From Myxococcota bacterium (GTDB lineage: Bacteria; Myxococcota_A; Polyangia; Nannocystales; Nannocystaceae), in assembly GCA_039028615.1 (NCBI GenBank), contig JBCCHT010000011.1, positions 1 through 64,000 on the forward strand: a DNA stretch of 64,000 nucleotides. Direction: 5' to 3'. The notes below the pieces were generated by a model. It searched no databases and had not been told where the DNA came from. It saw only the letters and a list, made by a program, of their open reading frames with translations. This document shows, piece after piece, positions 1 through 12,879 of this stretch. Positions within the stretch are counted from its first letter, which is position 1, and the number at the start of each line of letters is the position of its first letter. The position numbers were made by a program, and so were the translations under genes.

Positions 1-875
<875 letters not shown>

Positions 876-902
876 ATGCTGTGTTTGGTTCTCACCAAAC
901 GG

Positions 903-938
903 CTTGACTTTCGCCAAGCGACTTGGCTTTCGCCAAGC
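903..938 (-). repeat. Two tandem 17-nt repeats in the rRNA leader, each a GAAA-tetraloop hairpin
   Basis: cttgactttcgccaagc (903-919) and cttggctttcgccaagc (922-938). The minus strand reads CTTGGC-GAAA-GCCAAG / CTTGGC-GAAA-GTCAAG. Confidence 0.7.
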
Positions 939-1103
939 TGTGCTCGATTCTCATCGAGCTCGGAATCTGTTCTCAACACCCGAAGGTATTGGAACGATTG
1001 GGTACGAGGCATCTCTGCCTCGCGTTTCCCACACACTTCATCCACCGCTCAGACTCCGAAGAGCCTTTCGCTTGGATGGGTGGCCATTCCGTTTTCTGCT
1101 ATC

Positions 1104-1118
1104 CAGTTTTCAGGGAGC
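1104..1118 (-). promoter_or_regulatory. boxA-like antitermination element in rrn leader
   Basis: Minus strand GCTCCCTGAAAACTG, downstream of the promoter and upstream of 16S. Confidence 0.5.
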
Positions 1119-1174
1119 GCCGTTTCCGACTGAGTTCCTCGTTTCCGAGGGAGGCCTCTGTCGGTGGGGCTGGG

Positions 1175-1203
1175 TTTCTAGCCAACCCCGTTTGGCTTGT
1201 CAA
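1175..1203 (-). promoter_or_regulatory. rrn P2-like sigma70 promoter
   Basis: TTGACA (1203-1198), 17 bp spacer, TAGAAA (1180-1175), then a GC-rich discriminator. Confidence 0.75.
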
Positions 1204-1384
1204 GCGAAAAGTTGTTTCGCTTTTTGAGGAGTTCCGCTTGGCTTTCGCTTCGGCGGCGACGGTCTCTTAGGTCCCAGGAGCAGCAACCTTTTCAGGGGTT
1301 GCGGGCCCTGGAGGCCCCCTCATCCGTCCTTTTGTTTCCCTTCCCGGGGGCGCCGTTTCCGGCCGTCCCCGCGTTGGGAGGCGA

Positions 1385-1412
1385 ACTCTACGGATCCGCC
1401 GATGGTTAGCAA
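1385..1412 (-). promoter_or_regulatory. rrn P1-like sigma70 promoter
   Basis: TTGCTA (1412-1407), 16 bp spacer, TAGAGT (1390-1385), GC-rich discriminator, A-tract upstream. Confidence 0.55.
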
Positions 1413-1660
1413 CCCCTTTTTGACGATTGATCGAACTTTCGTACCCTCGGCCCGAATTCGGCCACGGAGAGGGTGATTCTGATCGAGGATTTTCGCGGAT
1501 CGGAGAATTCGGCGAGGGCCATTTCGGAAAATCAGAGCCGCGGGGTTGGCGAGGCACGGGGGCCGAACGCTGATCACGCCGAAAAATTTCGATCGAATCG
1601 AGAAAAGGCCCGACCTGGCTCACACTTCGGGTGATCCCTACGCCCATATTCTCGGCGGCT

Positions 1661-3916
<2,256 letters not shown>

Positions 3917-4058
3917 CGCACACAACGCTACCGCCGGATGACCGCAGCCACCAGTCCCACCTTCGGCAACGCGGGCACTCGATGGGATGAAACGACGCGG
4001 CTTCAGCCCGGCGGCCCGGGCGGAGGACGGCCGAGAGGGCACCCATTCGAAACGAATC

Positions 4059-4093
4059 GGCCCGCAGCGTCCGAAAGCGGACGACCGCGGGCC
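4059..4093 (-). terminator. Intergenic hairpin after redoxin gene
   Basis: ggcccgc..cgtccg-aaag-cggacg..gcgggcc inverted repeat; no clear U-tract. Confidence 0.4.
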
Positions 4094-4116
4094 AACCCGA
4101 GACGGAACGTCGTCGG

Positions 4117-6357
4117 TTACTGCTTCTTGCCGAGCACGACCAAGCCGTAGTGGTCGACCATCAGCACCAGTTCGGCGCCGGGCTTGCCGTCGAGCTCACC
4201 GACAGCGGCCTTGATGCCCACATCGTGGCTCCGCACCCGCAGAAGCGGCTGCCCCTGCTGGTCGTAGACGATGACGCCCTGACGGCCGGCCACCAGAACG
4301 TCGTCTCGGCCGTCCCCGTCGATGTCGTGGTCGAGGGTGGGCTTGGGGTCCCACTCGCCGCGGTAGATGTCCATGGGGCCGTCGGGCGTGTCGATGCGGC
4401 CGCTGAGGGACCGCCCCTCGGGGGCCTTGCCGTGGCGCGCGGTGACCCGGCCCCGGTTGCTGACCGACGTCAGCTCGCCGTCGGCCTGCACCAGCAGCCC
4501 GCCCGCGGGGTCGAGCGTGACCGCCTCGAGCTCCTTGAAGGGCGCCGAGGTCCACATCGCGTCGGGCACGGCCTTCATCGCCACCACCCGGTCGGAGTCC
4601 TGGGTGATGATCTCGTCGAAGCCGTCACCGTTGAGGTCGGCGACGTCGGCGATCGTGACTCCGCCCTTGCCCGAGTGCTGCCAGTACAGCTCGCCGTCGT
4701 GGTCGAGGACCTTGAAGTCGCGATAGCCCCCCACCAGCCACTCGCGCTGGCCGTCGCCGTCGAGGTCGGTGGCCTGCAGGCTGCGAGTCCAGCCCGACAG
4801 AGGCTTGGTGCCCAAGGACTCGCCGTCGGCCGACCAGCGCATGAGGCCAGCTCGACCCACGGCCCCGATCTCGGCCCCGGCCTTGCCCACCGCGGGCGCC
4901 ACCGCCACGGTGCCCGCGCCACCGCTGACCGGCTGCTTCCACAGCACCTCCCAGCCCGCGGGCGCCTGCTCGATGGTGAGCAGCTTGCGACCCGAGTCCT
5001 GCTTGCCCTCGACGATCTCGGTGATCTCGTGGGCCAGCTTCTCCTTGAGCTCGGGGTCATAGCCCGTGCGCGCGTGGGCCACCCGCCCCTCGCGGTCGAT
5101 GACGTACAGCGCGGGGATGGCCCGGTAGTTGTAGTCGGTGAGCTGCTTGGGCTCTTCGAACAACACCTCGATCTCGGTGAGGTTGTTGTCCTTCATGAAG
5201 GGCGCGATCTTCGAGCGGCTGTTGAAGTCGTCGATGTTGACCGCGACCACCACCACGCCCTTGTCGCGGTTTTCCTGCTGGAACTTCTGCAGCTCGGGCA
5301 TCTCGCGCTTGCAGGGGCCGCACCAGGTCGCCCAGAAGGTCACCAGTACGACCTTGCCGCGGTAGTCCGACAGCTTGACGTTCTTGCCCTTCAGGTTCTC
5401 GAGTTCGAAGGCCTGGGCGGCCCGGGGGCGCGCGGTGATGAGCTGGTCCTTGGTGTTGCCGGCCGAGCCCAGGGTGCTGCGCAGCTCGTCGTACATGCCG
5501 CGGACCTCGATGTCGTCGAGGAAGCCCAGCGCCTTGCCCAGCGCCTCGCGGGCGGCCTCGTCGTCGCCTTTGCGATGCAGCGTCTCGGCCCGCAGGATGT
5601 CGAGCTGCTCGAGCACGCCGGCCGCCATGGTGCGGACCACGGTGCCCTCGCCGTCGACCACCGCGATGCCCCGCGCGAGCTTGGCCGTCTCCGCCTGCCC
5701 GCGCTCGAGGGCCTGAAGCGCCTCGTCGAGCTGATCGTTGCGCAGGTGCAGGCGAGCCTCGAACGCGTCCGCCTTGGCCCGGCTATAGGCCAGGCGCAAT
5801 CCCATCCACTCGCGGCGGCGCTCGTCGTCCTCGAGCTCGAGCTCCTTTTCGTCCTGGTCCAGTCGCTCGCGGGCCATCTCGAGCAAGCGCAGGCCGCTGT
5901 CGATGGGCAGGTCGTGCTTGAGGTGGTAGCGCTGCACCAGCTCGGTGGGCACCGAGGACTCGTCCTCGAGCGCAGCCTTGGCCTCGAGACAGTTGGCCAG
6001 TTCCTGCGGATCGAAGCCTCCCTTTTCGACCAGCGCGTCGGCCAGCGACTCGAGCACGTCCCCCGTGGCCTGGTGCTCGGGGTGCTCCTTGACGAAGGTC
6101 CGGCACTTCGCGATGCGCTCGTCGAGGTCGGCGACGTTGCTCGCGGCGTCGCCATCCTTCTTCACCTCGCGCCATTGAGCCAGTGGAACGGGGGGGCGCT
6201 CGTCGACCTCGACGTCCGCCTCGGCCTGCGCCACCGGAGCCGCCGCCCCCGGATCACCCGGAGTCTGCACGGTCGAATCACCGTTCGAGGCTTCGGTCGC
6301 GCACGCGAGCGCGAGGGTGGACATGAGGAGGATCGATGAACGCAGGCGAGCAGACAT
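4117..6357 (-). CDS. Lipoprotein: TPR-like helical region + TlpA/ResA thioredoxin-like domain + FG-GAP/VCBS-type repeats
   Basis: Lipobox LALAC; FWATWCGPCKREMP and cis-Pro 'AIPALYVIDREG'; DLDGDG, DLNGDG, DIDGDG repeats. Confidence 0.85.
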   Translation of the reverse strand: MSARLRSSILLMSTLALACATEASNGDSTVQTPGDPGAAAPVAQAEADVEVDERPPVPLAQWREVKKDGDAASNVADLDERIAKCRTFVKEHPEHQATGDVLESLADALVEKGGFDPQELANCLEAKAALEDESSVPTELVQRYHLKHDLPIDSGLRLLEMARERLDQDEKELELEDDERRREWMGLRLAYSRAKADAFEARLHLRNDQLDEALQALERGQAETAKLARGIAVVDGEGTVVRTMAAGVLEQLDILRAETLHRKGDDEAAREALGKALGFLDDIEVRGMYDELRSTLGSAGNTKDQLITARPRAAQAFELENLKGKNVKLSDYRGKVVLVTFWATWCGPCKREMPELQKFQQENRDKGVVVVAVNIDDFNSRSKIAPFMKDNNLTEIEVLFEEPKQLTDYNYRAIPALYVIDREGRVAHARTGYDPELKEKLAHEITEIVEGKQDSGRKLLTIEQAPAGWEVLWKQPVSGGAGTVAVAPAVGKAGAEIGAVGRAGLMRWSADGESLGTKPLSGWTRSLQATDLDGDGQREWLVGGYRDFKVLDHDGELYWQHSGKGGVTIADVADLNGDGFDEIITQDSDRVVAMKAVPDAMWTSAPFKELEAVTLDPAGGLLVQADGELTSVSNRGRVTARHGKAPEGRSLSGRIDTPDGPMDIYRGEWDPKPTLDHDIDGDGRDDVLVAGRQGVIVYDQQGQPLLRVRSHDVGIKAAVGELDGKPGAELVLMVDHYGLVVLGKKQ

Positions 6358-6635
6358 GGGATACCGCGAAAGATTGTTTCCTAGCGCCGACGGCGAAGAC
6401 AGGGAGCCGGGCGTCGTTTGTAGGACACGGCAGTCTCGACGAAGGGTTCTCGAAGTGCCTTCGATCGTCGCCCATGGCCGATCTACGGCGTTCTTCGAGT
6501 TGCTCGTCGGTCGTGGCGACGACCGGCCCAATGTGGCGCAGACAATCGCTTTCGCTCATGCTCCGTTCGTCGAACGAAGACGACGTAGTGTCTGCCACTC
6601 GCTCTACGAGCGGCGGTGGCACGATCGGCTCGCGG

Positions 6636-7601
6636 CTAGCGAAGCGGAAGGACGAGCTTCTCGCGTCGCTCGACGAACAGCTCGCTGCCGACGAAGTCAC
6701 CCGCGTCGAACTGCGTGGCTTGAAGTCGGCTGGCGGTGACGCGCAGCGCCTCGGCGTCGAGCATCAGACCCAGCGGCCTCAGACCATCGAAGGACAGCCG
6801 CGTCTGGCCCACGTCGTTGAGCACGCAGGTGAGGTCGGCTCCGACCGGTTGATCACCCTGCAGACCGGTGAGGCGCACGGTGATGAGGCCCTCGCCCTCG
6901 CCCTGCCAGCGCAGGACCAAGGCCCCCTTGGCGAGTTCACCGAGGTCGTCGTCGGTGACGTGCAGCGACAGCGCGGCCGGGACTTCGCCTTCGGCCCGGA
7001 AGGGAGGAAGCTCTTCGGTCTGCGAGCCCTTGGCGTCGACGTAGACGACCCCGCCGTCGTCGGGCAGCTCGGGCGGCAGCTCGTCGTCGTAGTAGAGGTA
7101 CTCGACCCCGTGCATGTAGGGCAGCAGGTCGGGCACCAACGACAGCGGAACTTCGATGTCGTCCTCGCCGATCTGCACGCTCAGGTTACCCGCGTCGACG
7201 AGGTGGAGCTCTTGGAGGTCGGTGACGTCGTCCTCGTAGGGCTCGGCGGTGGTGAGCTGGTCGGACGCGATGCAGTCGCCGGGGCGAACGACCTCGGTGG
7301 GCAATCGCGGCATGTCGACCCGCGCGCGCACGAAGTCTTCGTCGAAGCCCTGGACGAACGCGAAGCGGGCCGAGATCTCGAAGGCCTCGGCGTCGTCGTA
7401 GTCCTCGTCGACCAGGCGCTCGGCCTCGGGCTCGATCACCACGTGGACTCGGCCGAGCCGCAGCGACTCGAGGCCCTGCTCGGACCCGGTGCCGTTGTCG
7501 GCTTCATCGCCCGAACAACCACTAGCGAACGCCGCCAACGAAGCGAAGGCGAGCGCGGCCAGATTGTGTCCTGGCGGGTGTCCGGGCGACCCCACGTCCA
7601 C
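6636..7601 (-). CDS. Hypothetical lipoprotein
   Basis: GC3-biased 321-aa ORF, lipobox FASGC, acidic beta-rich body. Confidence 0.75.
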   Translation of the reverse strand: MDVGSPGHPPGHNLAALAFASLAAFASGCSGDEADNGTGSEQGLESLRLGRVHVVIEPEAERLVDEDYDDAEAFEISARFAFVQGFDEDFVRARVDMPRLPTEVVRPGDCIASDQLTTAEPYEDDVTDLQELHLVDAGNLSVQIGEDDIEVPLSLVPDLLPYMHGVEYLYYDDELPPELPDDGGVVYVDAKGSQTEELPPFRAEGEVPAALSLHVTDDDLGELAKGALVLRWQGEGEGLITVRLTGLQGDQPVGADLTCVLNDVGQTRLSFDGLRPLGLMLDAEALRVTASRLQATQFDAGDFVGSELFVERREKLVLPLR

Positions 7602-7792
7602 AAACCGTACCGCGAGCGGGACACGCTGTCACGGAACCGGGTCGCGCGATGCGCCCGATTGCCACCATTCAGACATTGTTACGCGGAGATCTCGCGCATG
7701 CGCGGCGACCGCGGGAGGGGGCGGTGATCCAATCGTTCCCCCCACGAAGCGTCGCGCGGTGGATGAACGGCCTGCTAGCCTCCGCGACCGTC

Positions 7793-8086
7793 ATGACCAC
7801 CATCTCTCGTCAAGAGTGTCATGAGTTGGCCACGCTGGCCCGGCTGTCGCTCGACGACGCCGAAGCCGATCGCTTTGCGGCTCAGCTGGGACCAATCCTC
7901 GGGTACCTCGAACAACTGCAGACCGTCGACATCGAAGGCGTGCCCGAAGCCCTGCCGCCGTCGCGTCCGGGCAGTGCGCTACGCGACGACGTCGCCGGTC
8001 CCACATTGTCCCACGACAGCGGCTTGGCGGCGGCGCCCGCCGTGACCGAGGGACAAATTGTCGTGCCCAAGTTCAAGGAGGACTGA
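7793..8086 (+). CDS. gatC: Asp-tRNA(Asn)/Glu-tRNA(Gln) amidotransferase subunit C
   Basis: 'LATLARL...ILGYLEQLQTVD...LRDD...VVPK'; directly upstream of gatA. Confidence 0.93.
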   Translation: MTTISRQECHELATLARLSLDDAEADRFAAQLGPILGYLEQLQTVDIEGVPEALPPSRPGSALRDDVAGPTLSHDSGLAAAPAVTEGQIVVPKFKED

Positions 8087-8087
8087 C

Positions 8088-9602
8088 GTGACCGACTCCA
8101 TCGTCAGCTCCACCGTTCGTGCCATCGCGGCGGGTGTGCAAGAGGGTTCGCTGCGCGCGACCGAGGTGCTCGCCGCGTTCGAGGCCCAGGCCGACGCGAG
8201 CGAACCACACCTTCATGCGTACCTGGTGCGGGCCAAGGACGACGCCGCCGCGCGCGCGGAGGCCATCGACGCCGCGCGTGATCGGGGCGAATCTCTCGGC
8301 CCGCTCGCGGGCGTGCCCATCGGACTCAAGGACATCTTCGTCATCGAAGGCATGCACACGCGCTGCGGCAGCCAGATCCTCGAGGGATGGATGCCGCCCT
8401 ACTCGGGCACCCACGCCAAGGCGCTCGTCGAAGCCGGGGCCGTGATCACGGGCAAGCTCGCGATGGACGAGTTCGCGATGGGCTCGTCCAGCGAGAACAC
8501 GCCCTTCCCCGCCGCGGGCAATCCGTGGTCGCTCGATCATGTGCCGGGTGGATCGTCGGGAGGCTCGGCCGCGGCGGTTGCCGCCAGCAGCTGTGCGGCC
8601 GCGCTGGGCTCGGACACGGGCGGCTCGATTCGCCAACCCGCGAGCTTGTGCGGCGTGGTCGGGCTCAAGCCCAGCTACGGCCGGGTCACGCGTCACGGGA
8701 TGATCGCGTTCGCATCCAGCCTCGACCAAGCGGGACCGCTGACCCACGACGTCCGAGACGCAGCCGCGCTGCTGCAGGTGCTGGCCGGGCCCGATCCGCA
8801 CGACTCGACCTGTCTCGACGCGCCCGTGCCCGATTATCTCGCCGCGTGTGACCGCGGCGCCAAAGGGCTGCGCATCGGGGTCCACCGGGCCGCGCTCGAC
8901 CACGAGGCGCTCGAGCCCTGCGTGCGCAAGGCCTTCGAGGACTCGCTGGCCGTGCTCACCGACGCGGGCGCGACGATCGTCGACGTCGACCTTCCGCACT
9001 TCGACCACGCCATCGCCACGTACTACGTGCTGTGCACGGCCGAGGCGGCCAGCAACCTCGCGCGCTACGACGGCATCCGCTACGGCCACCGCGAGGCCCG
9101 GCCTTCGCTGCGCGAGACCTACGAGGCCACCCGCGAGCAGGGCTTTTCGGCCGAGGTCAAGCGACGCATCTTGTTGGGGACCTTCGTGCTCCGCAAGGAG
9201 TCGTACGCGACCTACTACGGCCGGGCCCAAAAGGTGCGGCGGCTGATCCAGCGCGACTACGAGGCGGCGTTCGAACAGTGTGACGTGCTCGCGTCGCCCA
9301 CCGCCCCGGGGCCTGCGTTCCGTCGCGGAGCGCACGACGACAACCCGCTGGCCATGTACCTATCCGACGTGTTCACCATCGGGGCCAACCTCGCGGGGCT
9401 GGCCGCGATCTCGATCCCGGCCGGGCTGTCTCCTGCGACCGACGAGCGGCCCGCGCTGCCGATCGGCCTGCAGCTGCTGGCCCCGAGCCTGGGCGAGCCG
9501 GTGCTGCTCGCCGCCGCGGCGGCCCACGAAGACGCCACCGAGTTCCACCGCCTGCGCCCCCCTCCCCTGACCGACGCGTCCACGAAGGGAGCCGTCCGAT
9601 GA
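8088..9602 (+). CDS. gatA: Amidotransferase subunit A
   Basis: Amidase signature PGGSSGGSAAAVA, GSDTGGSIRQPA, SNLARYDG; GTG start after AGGAGG. Confidence 0.97.
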   Translation: MTDSIVSSTVRAIAAGVQEGSLRATEVLAAFEAQADASEPHLHAYLVRAKDDAAARAEAIDAARDRGESLGPLAGVPIGLKDIFVIEGMHTRCGSQILEGWMPPYSGTHAKALVEAGAVITGKLAMDEFAMGSSSENTPFPAAGNPWSLDHVPGGSSGGSAAAVAASSCAAALGSDTGGSIRQPASLCGVVGLKPSYGRVTRHGMIAFASSLDQAGPLTHDVRDAAALLQVLAGPDPHDSTCLDAPVPDYLAACDRGAKGLRIGVHRAALDHEALEPCVRKAFEDSLAVLTDAGATIVDVDLPHFDHAIATYYVLCTAEAASNLARYDGIRYGHREARPSLRETYEATREQGFSAEVKRRILLGTFVLRKESYATYYGRAQKVRRLIQRDYEAAFEQCDVLASPTAPGPAFRRGAHDDNPLAMYLSDVFTIGANLAGLAAISIPAGLSPATDERPALPIGLQLLAPSLGEPVLLAAAAAHEDATEFHRLRPPPLTDASTKGAVR

Positions 9603-11062
9603 GCGTATCCGACTACGAGCCCGTCATCGGCCTCGAGGTGCACTGCCAGCTCCAGACCGCGAGCAAGATGTTCTGCGAGTGCCCGGTGGGCATCGGGGCT
9701 CCGCCCAATACCCTCATCGACGCCTACACGCTCGGCCTGCCCGGCACCCTGCCCGTACCCAACGCCCAGGCCGTGCGCTCGGGCATCGCGATGGCGCTGG
9801 CCTGCGGCTGCGAGGTGCACTCCGACAGCCGCTTCGCTCGCAAGCACTACTTCTATCCCGATCTGCCCAAGGGCTATCAGATCACCCAGAGCGACAACCC
9901 CTACGCCACGGGGGGCTCGCTGCCCGTGCCCGGGTTCCTCGACGAGAACGGTGAGCCCAAGCGGGTGCCGCTGACGCGGATCCACTTCGAAGAGGACGCG
10001 GGCAAGAACACCCACGTGTTCGGAGAGAGCCACAGCCTCGTCGACTACAACCGGGCGGGGGCGCCCCTGCTCGAGATCGTGTCCGAGCCGGCCATCGGCT
10101 CCGCCGAAGAGGCGGCCGCGTACATGCGAGAGCTGCGGACCATCGTGCGCACGCTGGGGATCTCGCAGGCCAACATGGAAGAGGGCACGCTGCGCTGCGA
10201 CGCCAACGTGTCGGTGCGGCGCCGTGGCACGACCGAGCTCGGCACTCGCTGCGAGATCAAGAACCTCAACTCGTTCCGGTTCCTGGCGCTGGCCATCGCG
10301 GCCGAGATTCGCCGCCAGATCGACATCCTCGAGCAGGGCGGCACCATCGTCTCCGCCACGATGTCCTACGACACCGAGCGCGACCAGACCCGGGTCATGC
10401 GGACCAAGGAGGCCGCGGCCGACTATCGCTACATGCCCGAGCCCGACCTGCCGCCCCTGCAGATCCCCGCGGCCTGGATCGAGGAGATCGAGGCCTCGAT
10501 GCCCATCCTGCCCGCCGTGCGACGGGCTGCGTATACCGAGCAGGGCATCGCGGCGGATGATGCCACCTTGCTCGCGGCCGAGCCGGGCCTGGGCGACTAC
10601 CTCGATCGCATGCTGGCCGCGGGTACGCCCGCGAAGAAGGCCGCCAACTGGGTCACCGGAGAGCTGCTGCGCCTGCTCAATGGTGACGGGCGCGAGATCG
10701 GTGACAGCCCGGTCGCGGCCGAGACCCTGTCCGAGCTGATCGCGATGGTGGCCGCAGACGAGGTCTCGGTGCGCAGCGCCAAGGCGATCATCGCCACGCT
10801 CTACGAAGAGGCCGACCCCAAGCTGACCCCGCAGGCGATTGCCGACCGCGACGGACATCGGCAGGTGAAGGACACGGGGGTCATCGAGGCCGCGGTCCGC
10901 GAGGTCTTGGCCAACAACCCGGCTCAGGTCGCGCAGTTTCGGGCGGGCAAGACGAAGGTGCGGGGCTTCTTCGTGGGGCAGGTGATGAAGGCCACCCGCG
11001 GGCAGGCCAAGCCGCAGCTGGTCAACGAGCTGCTCGATCGCCTGCTCGCCGAAGACGAGTGA
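9599..11062 (+). CDS. gatB: Amidotransferase subunit B
   Basis: VIGLEVH, RKHYFYPDLPKGYQITQ, LRCDANVS, EIKNLNS, YRYMPEPDLP; ATGA overlap with gatA. Confidence 0.98.
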   Translation: MSVSDYEPVIGLEVHCQLQTASKMFCECPVGIGAPPNTLIDAYTLGLPGTLPVPNAQAVRSGIAMALACGCEVHSDSRFARKHYFYPDLPKGYQITQSDNPYATGGSLPVPGFLDENGEPKRVPLTRIHFEEDAGKNTHVFGESHSLVDYNRAGAPLLEIVSEPAIGSAEEAAAYMRELRTIVRTLGISQANMEEGTLRCDANVSVRRRGTTELGTRCEIKNLNSFRFLALAIAAEIRRQIDILEQGGTIVSATMSYDTERDQTRVMRTKEAAADYRYMPEPDLPPLQIPAAWIEEIEASMPILPAVRRAAYTEQGIAADDATLLAAEPGLGDYLDRMLAAGTPAKKAANWVTGELLRLLNGDGREIGDSPVAAETLSELIAMVAADEVSVRSAKAIIATLYEEADPKLTPQAIADRDGHRQVKDTGVIEAAVREVLANNPAQVAQFRAGKTKVRGFFVGQVMKATRGQAKPQLVNELLDRLLAEDE

Positions 11063-11072
11063 GCCGGGCCGC

Positions 11073-11102
11073 TCGGTGCCCCGCTCGTCGATGGGGCACC
11101 GA
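11073..11102 (+). terminator. Hairpin after gatB
   Basis: Perfect 10-bp stem tcggtgcccc / ggggcaccga; no U-tract. Confidence 0.5.
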
Positions 11103-11187
11103 CGGTCTCGAGCCCGACTCGGCGTGGGCGGCGACCACCGTCTTCGCTCGGGCAGACTCGATCGAAATGTGCGAAGGTCGATCCGCG

Positions 11188-11586
11188 ATGCTCACCCCGG
11201 CGAAGCTCGTCGTCCTGTGTTCGGCGCGGGACCGCATCTGCAACGTCGCGCCCGACGGACCCTCCGTGCGGCACGTGGCGAAGGAGGCCGGCCTCTCCCC
11301 GGGCCTGTTCATCCGACAGTTCGCGGCGCTGTTCGGCGAGACGCCCCACAAGATGCGGATCCGCGTCCGAATCGAGCGCGCCAAGCAGCTGCTCGCCCGC
11401 GGCGACCACAGCGTCACCGAGGCCTGCTTCGAGGTCGGCTTCTCGAGCCTGGGGAGCTTCAGCGCGTTGTTTCGGCGCAAGGTGGGGATGTCGCCGTCCG
11501 ACTATCGCAGTCGCTTCGCCGGGCACGACCTCCAGCCAGGCTGCCTGTCGCTGATGGGCGCGGTGACAAAAATCGACCCCCGGTGA
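11188..11586 (+). CDS. AraC-family single-domain transcriptional regulator
   Basis: 'VAKEAGLSPGLFIRQF...FGETP', 'VTEACFEVGFSSLGSFSALFRRKVGMSPSDY'. Confidence 0.88.
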   Translation: MLTPAKLVVLCSARDRICNVAPDGPSVRHVAKEAGLSPGLFIRQFAALFGETPHKMRIRVRIERAKQLLARGDHSVTEACFEVGFSSLGSFSALFRRKVGMSPSDYRSRFAGHDLQPGCLSLMGAVTKIDPR

Positions 11587-11632
11587 AATTTCGGAGAAGC
11601 GCGAGCAGCCGGGCCGCGGTAGCTGTCTCGGT

Positions 11633-12022
11633 ATGAAGATTCGCCTCGTGAGCATCCCGGTCGACGACCAGGCCAAAGCGGAAGCCTTCTACACCGACGT
11701 CGTCGGCTTCAAAAAGAAGCACGACGTGCCCATCGGGGAGTTTCGATGGTTGACCGTGGTGTCCCCGGACGGGCCCGACGAGCTGGAGCTCGTGCTCGAG
11801 CCCAACGCGAACCCGGCCGCCAAGACCTACCAGGCGGCGTTGCTCGAGCAGGGAATCCCGATCACCGCGTTCGAGTCCGACGACGTCGAGGCCGACTACC
11901 AGCGGCTCAAGGAGCGCGGGGTGGCCTTTACCGAGCCGCCCAAGCAGGCGGGCACCGTCAAGCTGGCCGTGTTTGCCGATACCTGCGGCAACCTGATTCA
12001 GATCTACGAGAACGAGGGTTGA
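11633..12022 (+). CDS. VOC/glyoxalase family protein
   Basis: 'SIPVDDQAKAEAFYTDVVGF', 'FADTCGNLIQI'; commonly paired with AraC. Confidence 0.92.
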   Translation: MKIRLVSIPVDDQAKAEAFYTDVVGFKKKHDVPIGEFRWLTVVSPDGPDELELVLEPNANPAAKTYQAALLEQGIPITAFESDDVEADYQRLKERGVAFTEPPKQAGTVKLAVFADTCGNLIQIYENEG

Positions 12023-12054
12023 TCGGGCGATCGGGTGCAGCCTGCCCGCACTCG

Positions 12055-12879
12055 TCAGAAACGGCCGCCGACGGTGACGCCAGTCAGCGTGCCGTCGTAG
12101 ATCGGTGCGATGTGGGCGGTGCGGTCCTGGGCCTTGGCGCGACGGCTGACCACCGCCCAGCGCACGATGCCGCCGATCAGCAGGGCGCCGCCGACCCCGA
12201 GAGTCGCCCCACCCGCGATGCGCATGCGGCCAATGCCGTCGACGCGGTCTTCGAGGCCGCCGTAGGTCGTGGCTCCGTTTTGCTGGAGCTGGGCGACCAC
12301 GAGCAGTGAACCGCCCGCGGCCGCTGCCGCTGCCCCGACGCCGACCAGCGTGTCGCCCAGCGGATCTCGATACCACCGCACGGGCCCATCGCGGAGGTCG
12401 TCTTCAGCGGCCGGCTCCGGCTCGTCTGCGGGCTCCTCGACCACGGACTCTTCCGCGGGCTCCTCGACGGGCTCTTCGGTAGGTGCGGGGACGGGCTCGG
12501 CCGCCATGCGTTCGGCACACTCGACGAGATACGGCTGCATCGCCGACTCGACCTCGGACCCGACGTCGAACTCGCGGACCTGCTTGAAGTACGAGACCGA
12601 GGCGCGACAGTCCTTGCGCAAGAACTCGACCTGACCGAGCAGATAGAGCGCCTTGGGCTCGCGCTCGATCTCCAGCGCCTTTTGGTAGAAATCGGCGGCC
12701 GCGCCGTAGTCGTCGCGGGCGACCGCGGCCTGGCCCTTTTCGAGGAACTCGCGGGCGACCGGATCCTTGGGCTCGGCGCGGGCCGAGGGCGACCACGCGA
12801 GCGCCAGCACCACGCCCGCGAGACCGAGGCGCAGGGTCGCGGCTACAGACCGGGCGGCGGGGCGGCTTTGGGATCCCAC
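12055..12879 (-). CDS. Secreted/membrane TPR protein
   Basis: Signal peptide, TPR pair (AAADFYQKALE/ALYLLGQVEF), PE-rich linker, C-terminal hydrophobic segments; overlaps the kinase 3' end. Confidence 0.75.
   Translation of the reverse strand: MGSQSRPAARSVAATLRLGLAGVVLALAWSPSARAEPKDPVAREFLEKGQAAVARDDYGAAADFYQKALEIEREPKALYLLGQVEFLRKDCRASVSYFKQVREFDVGSEVESAMQPYLVECAERMAAEPVPAPTEEPVEEPAEESVVEEPADEPEPAAEDDLRDGPVRWYRDPLGDTLVGVGAAAAAAGGSLLVVAQLQQNGATTYGGLEDRVDGIGRMRIAGGATLGVGGALLIGGIVRWAVVSRRAKAQDRTAHIAPIYDGTLTGVTVGGRF

Noticed and set aside
3917..4116. Fluoride riboswitch upstream of the ClC gene
   Set aside because: No GGCGATGG...GCTGATGAC-type consensus on the minus strand, and the protein lacks CLC-F motifs.
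4150..6339. Long antisense ORFs (this one; also 14449-16662, 17082-20144, 19955-22696, 53069-55549, 59445-61268)
   Set aside because: Shadow frames of real high-GC3 genes on the opposite strand, with no recognisable motifs.
6278..6700. Minus-strand ORF between the two lipoprotein genes
   Set aside because: Overlaps both neighbours, poor codon bias, no motif.
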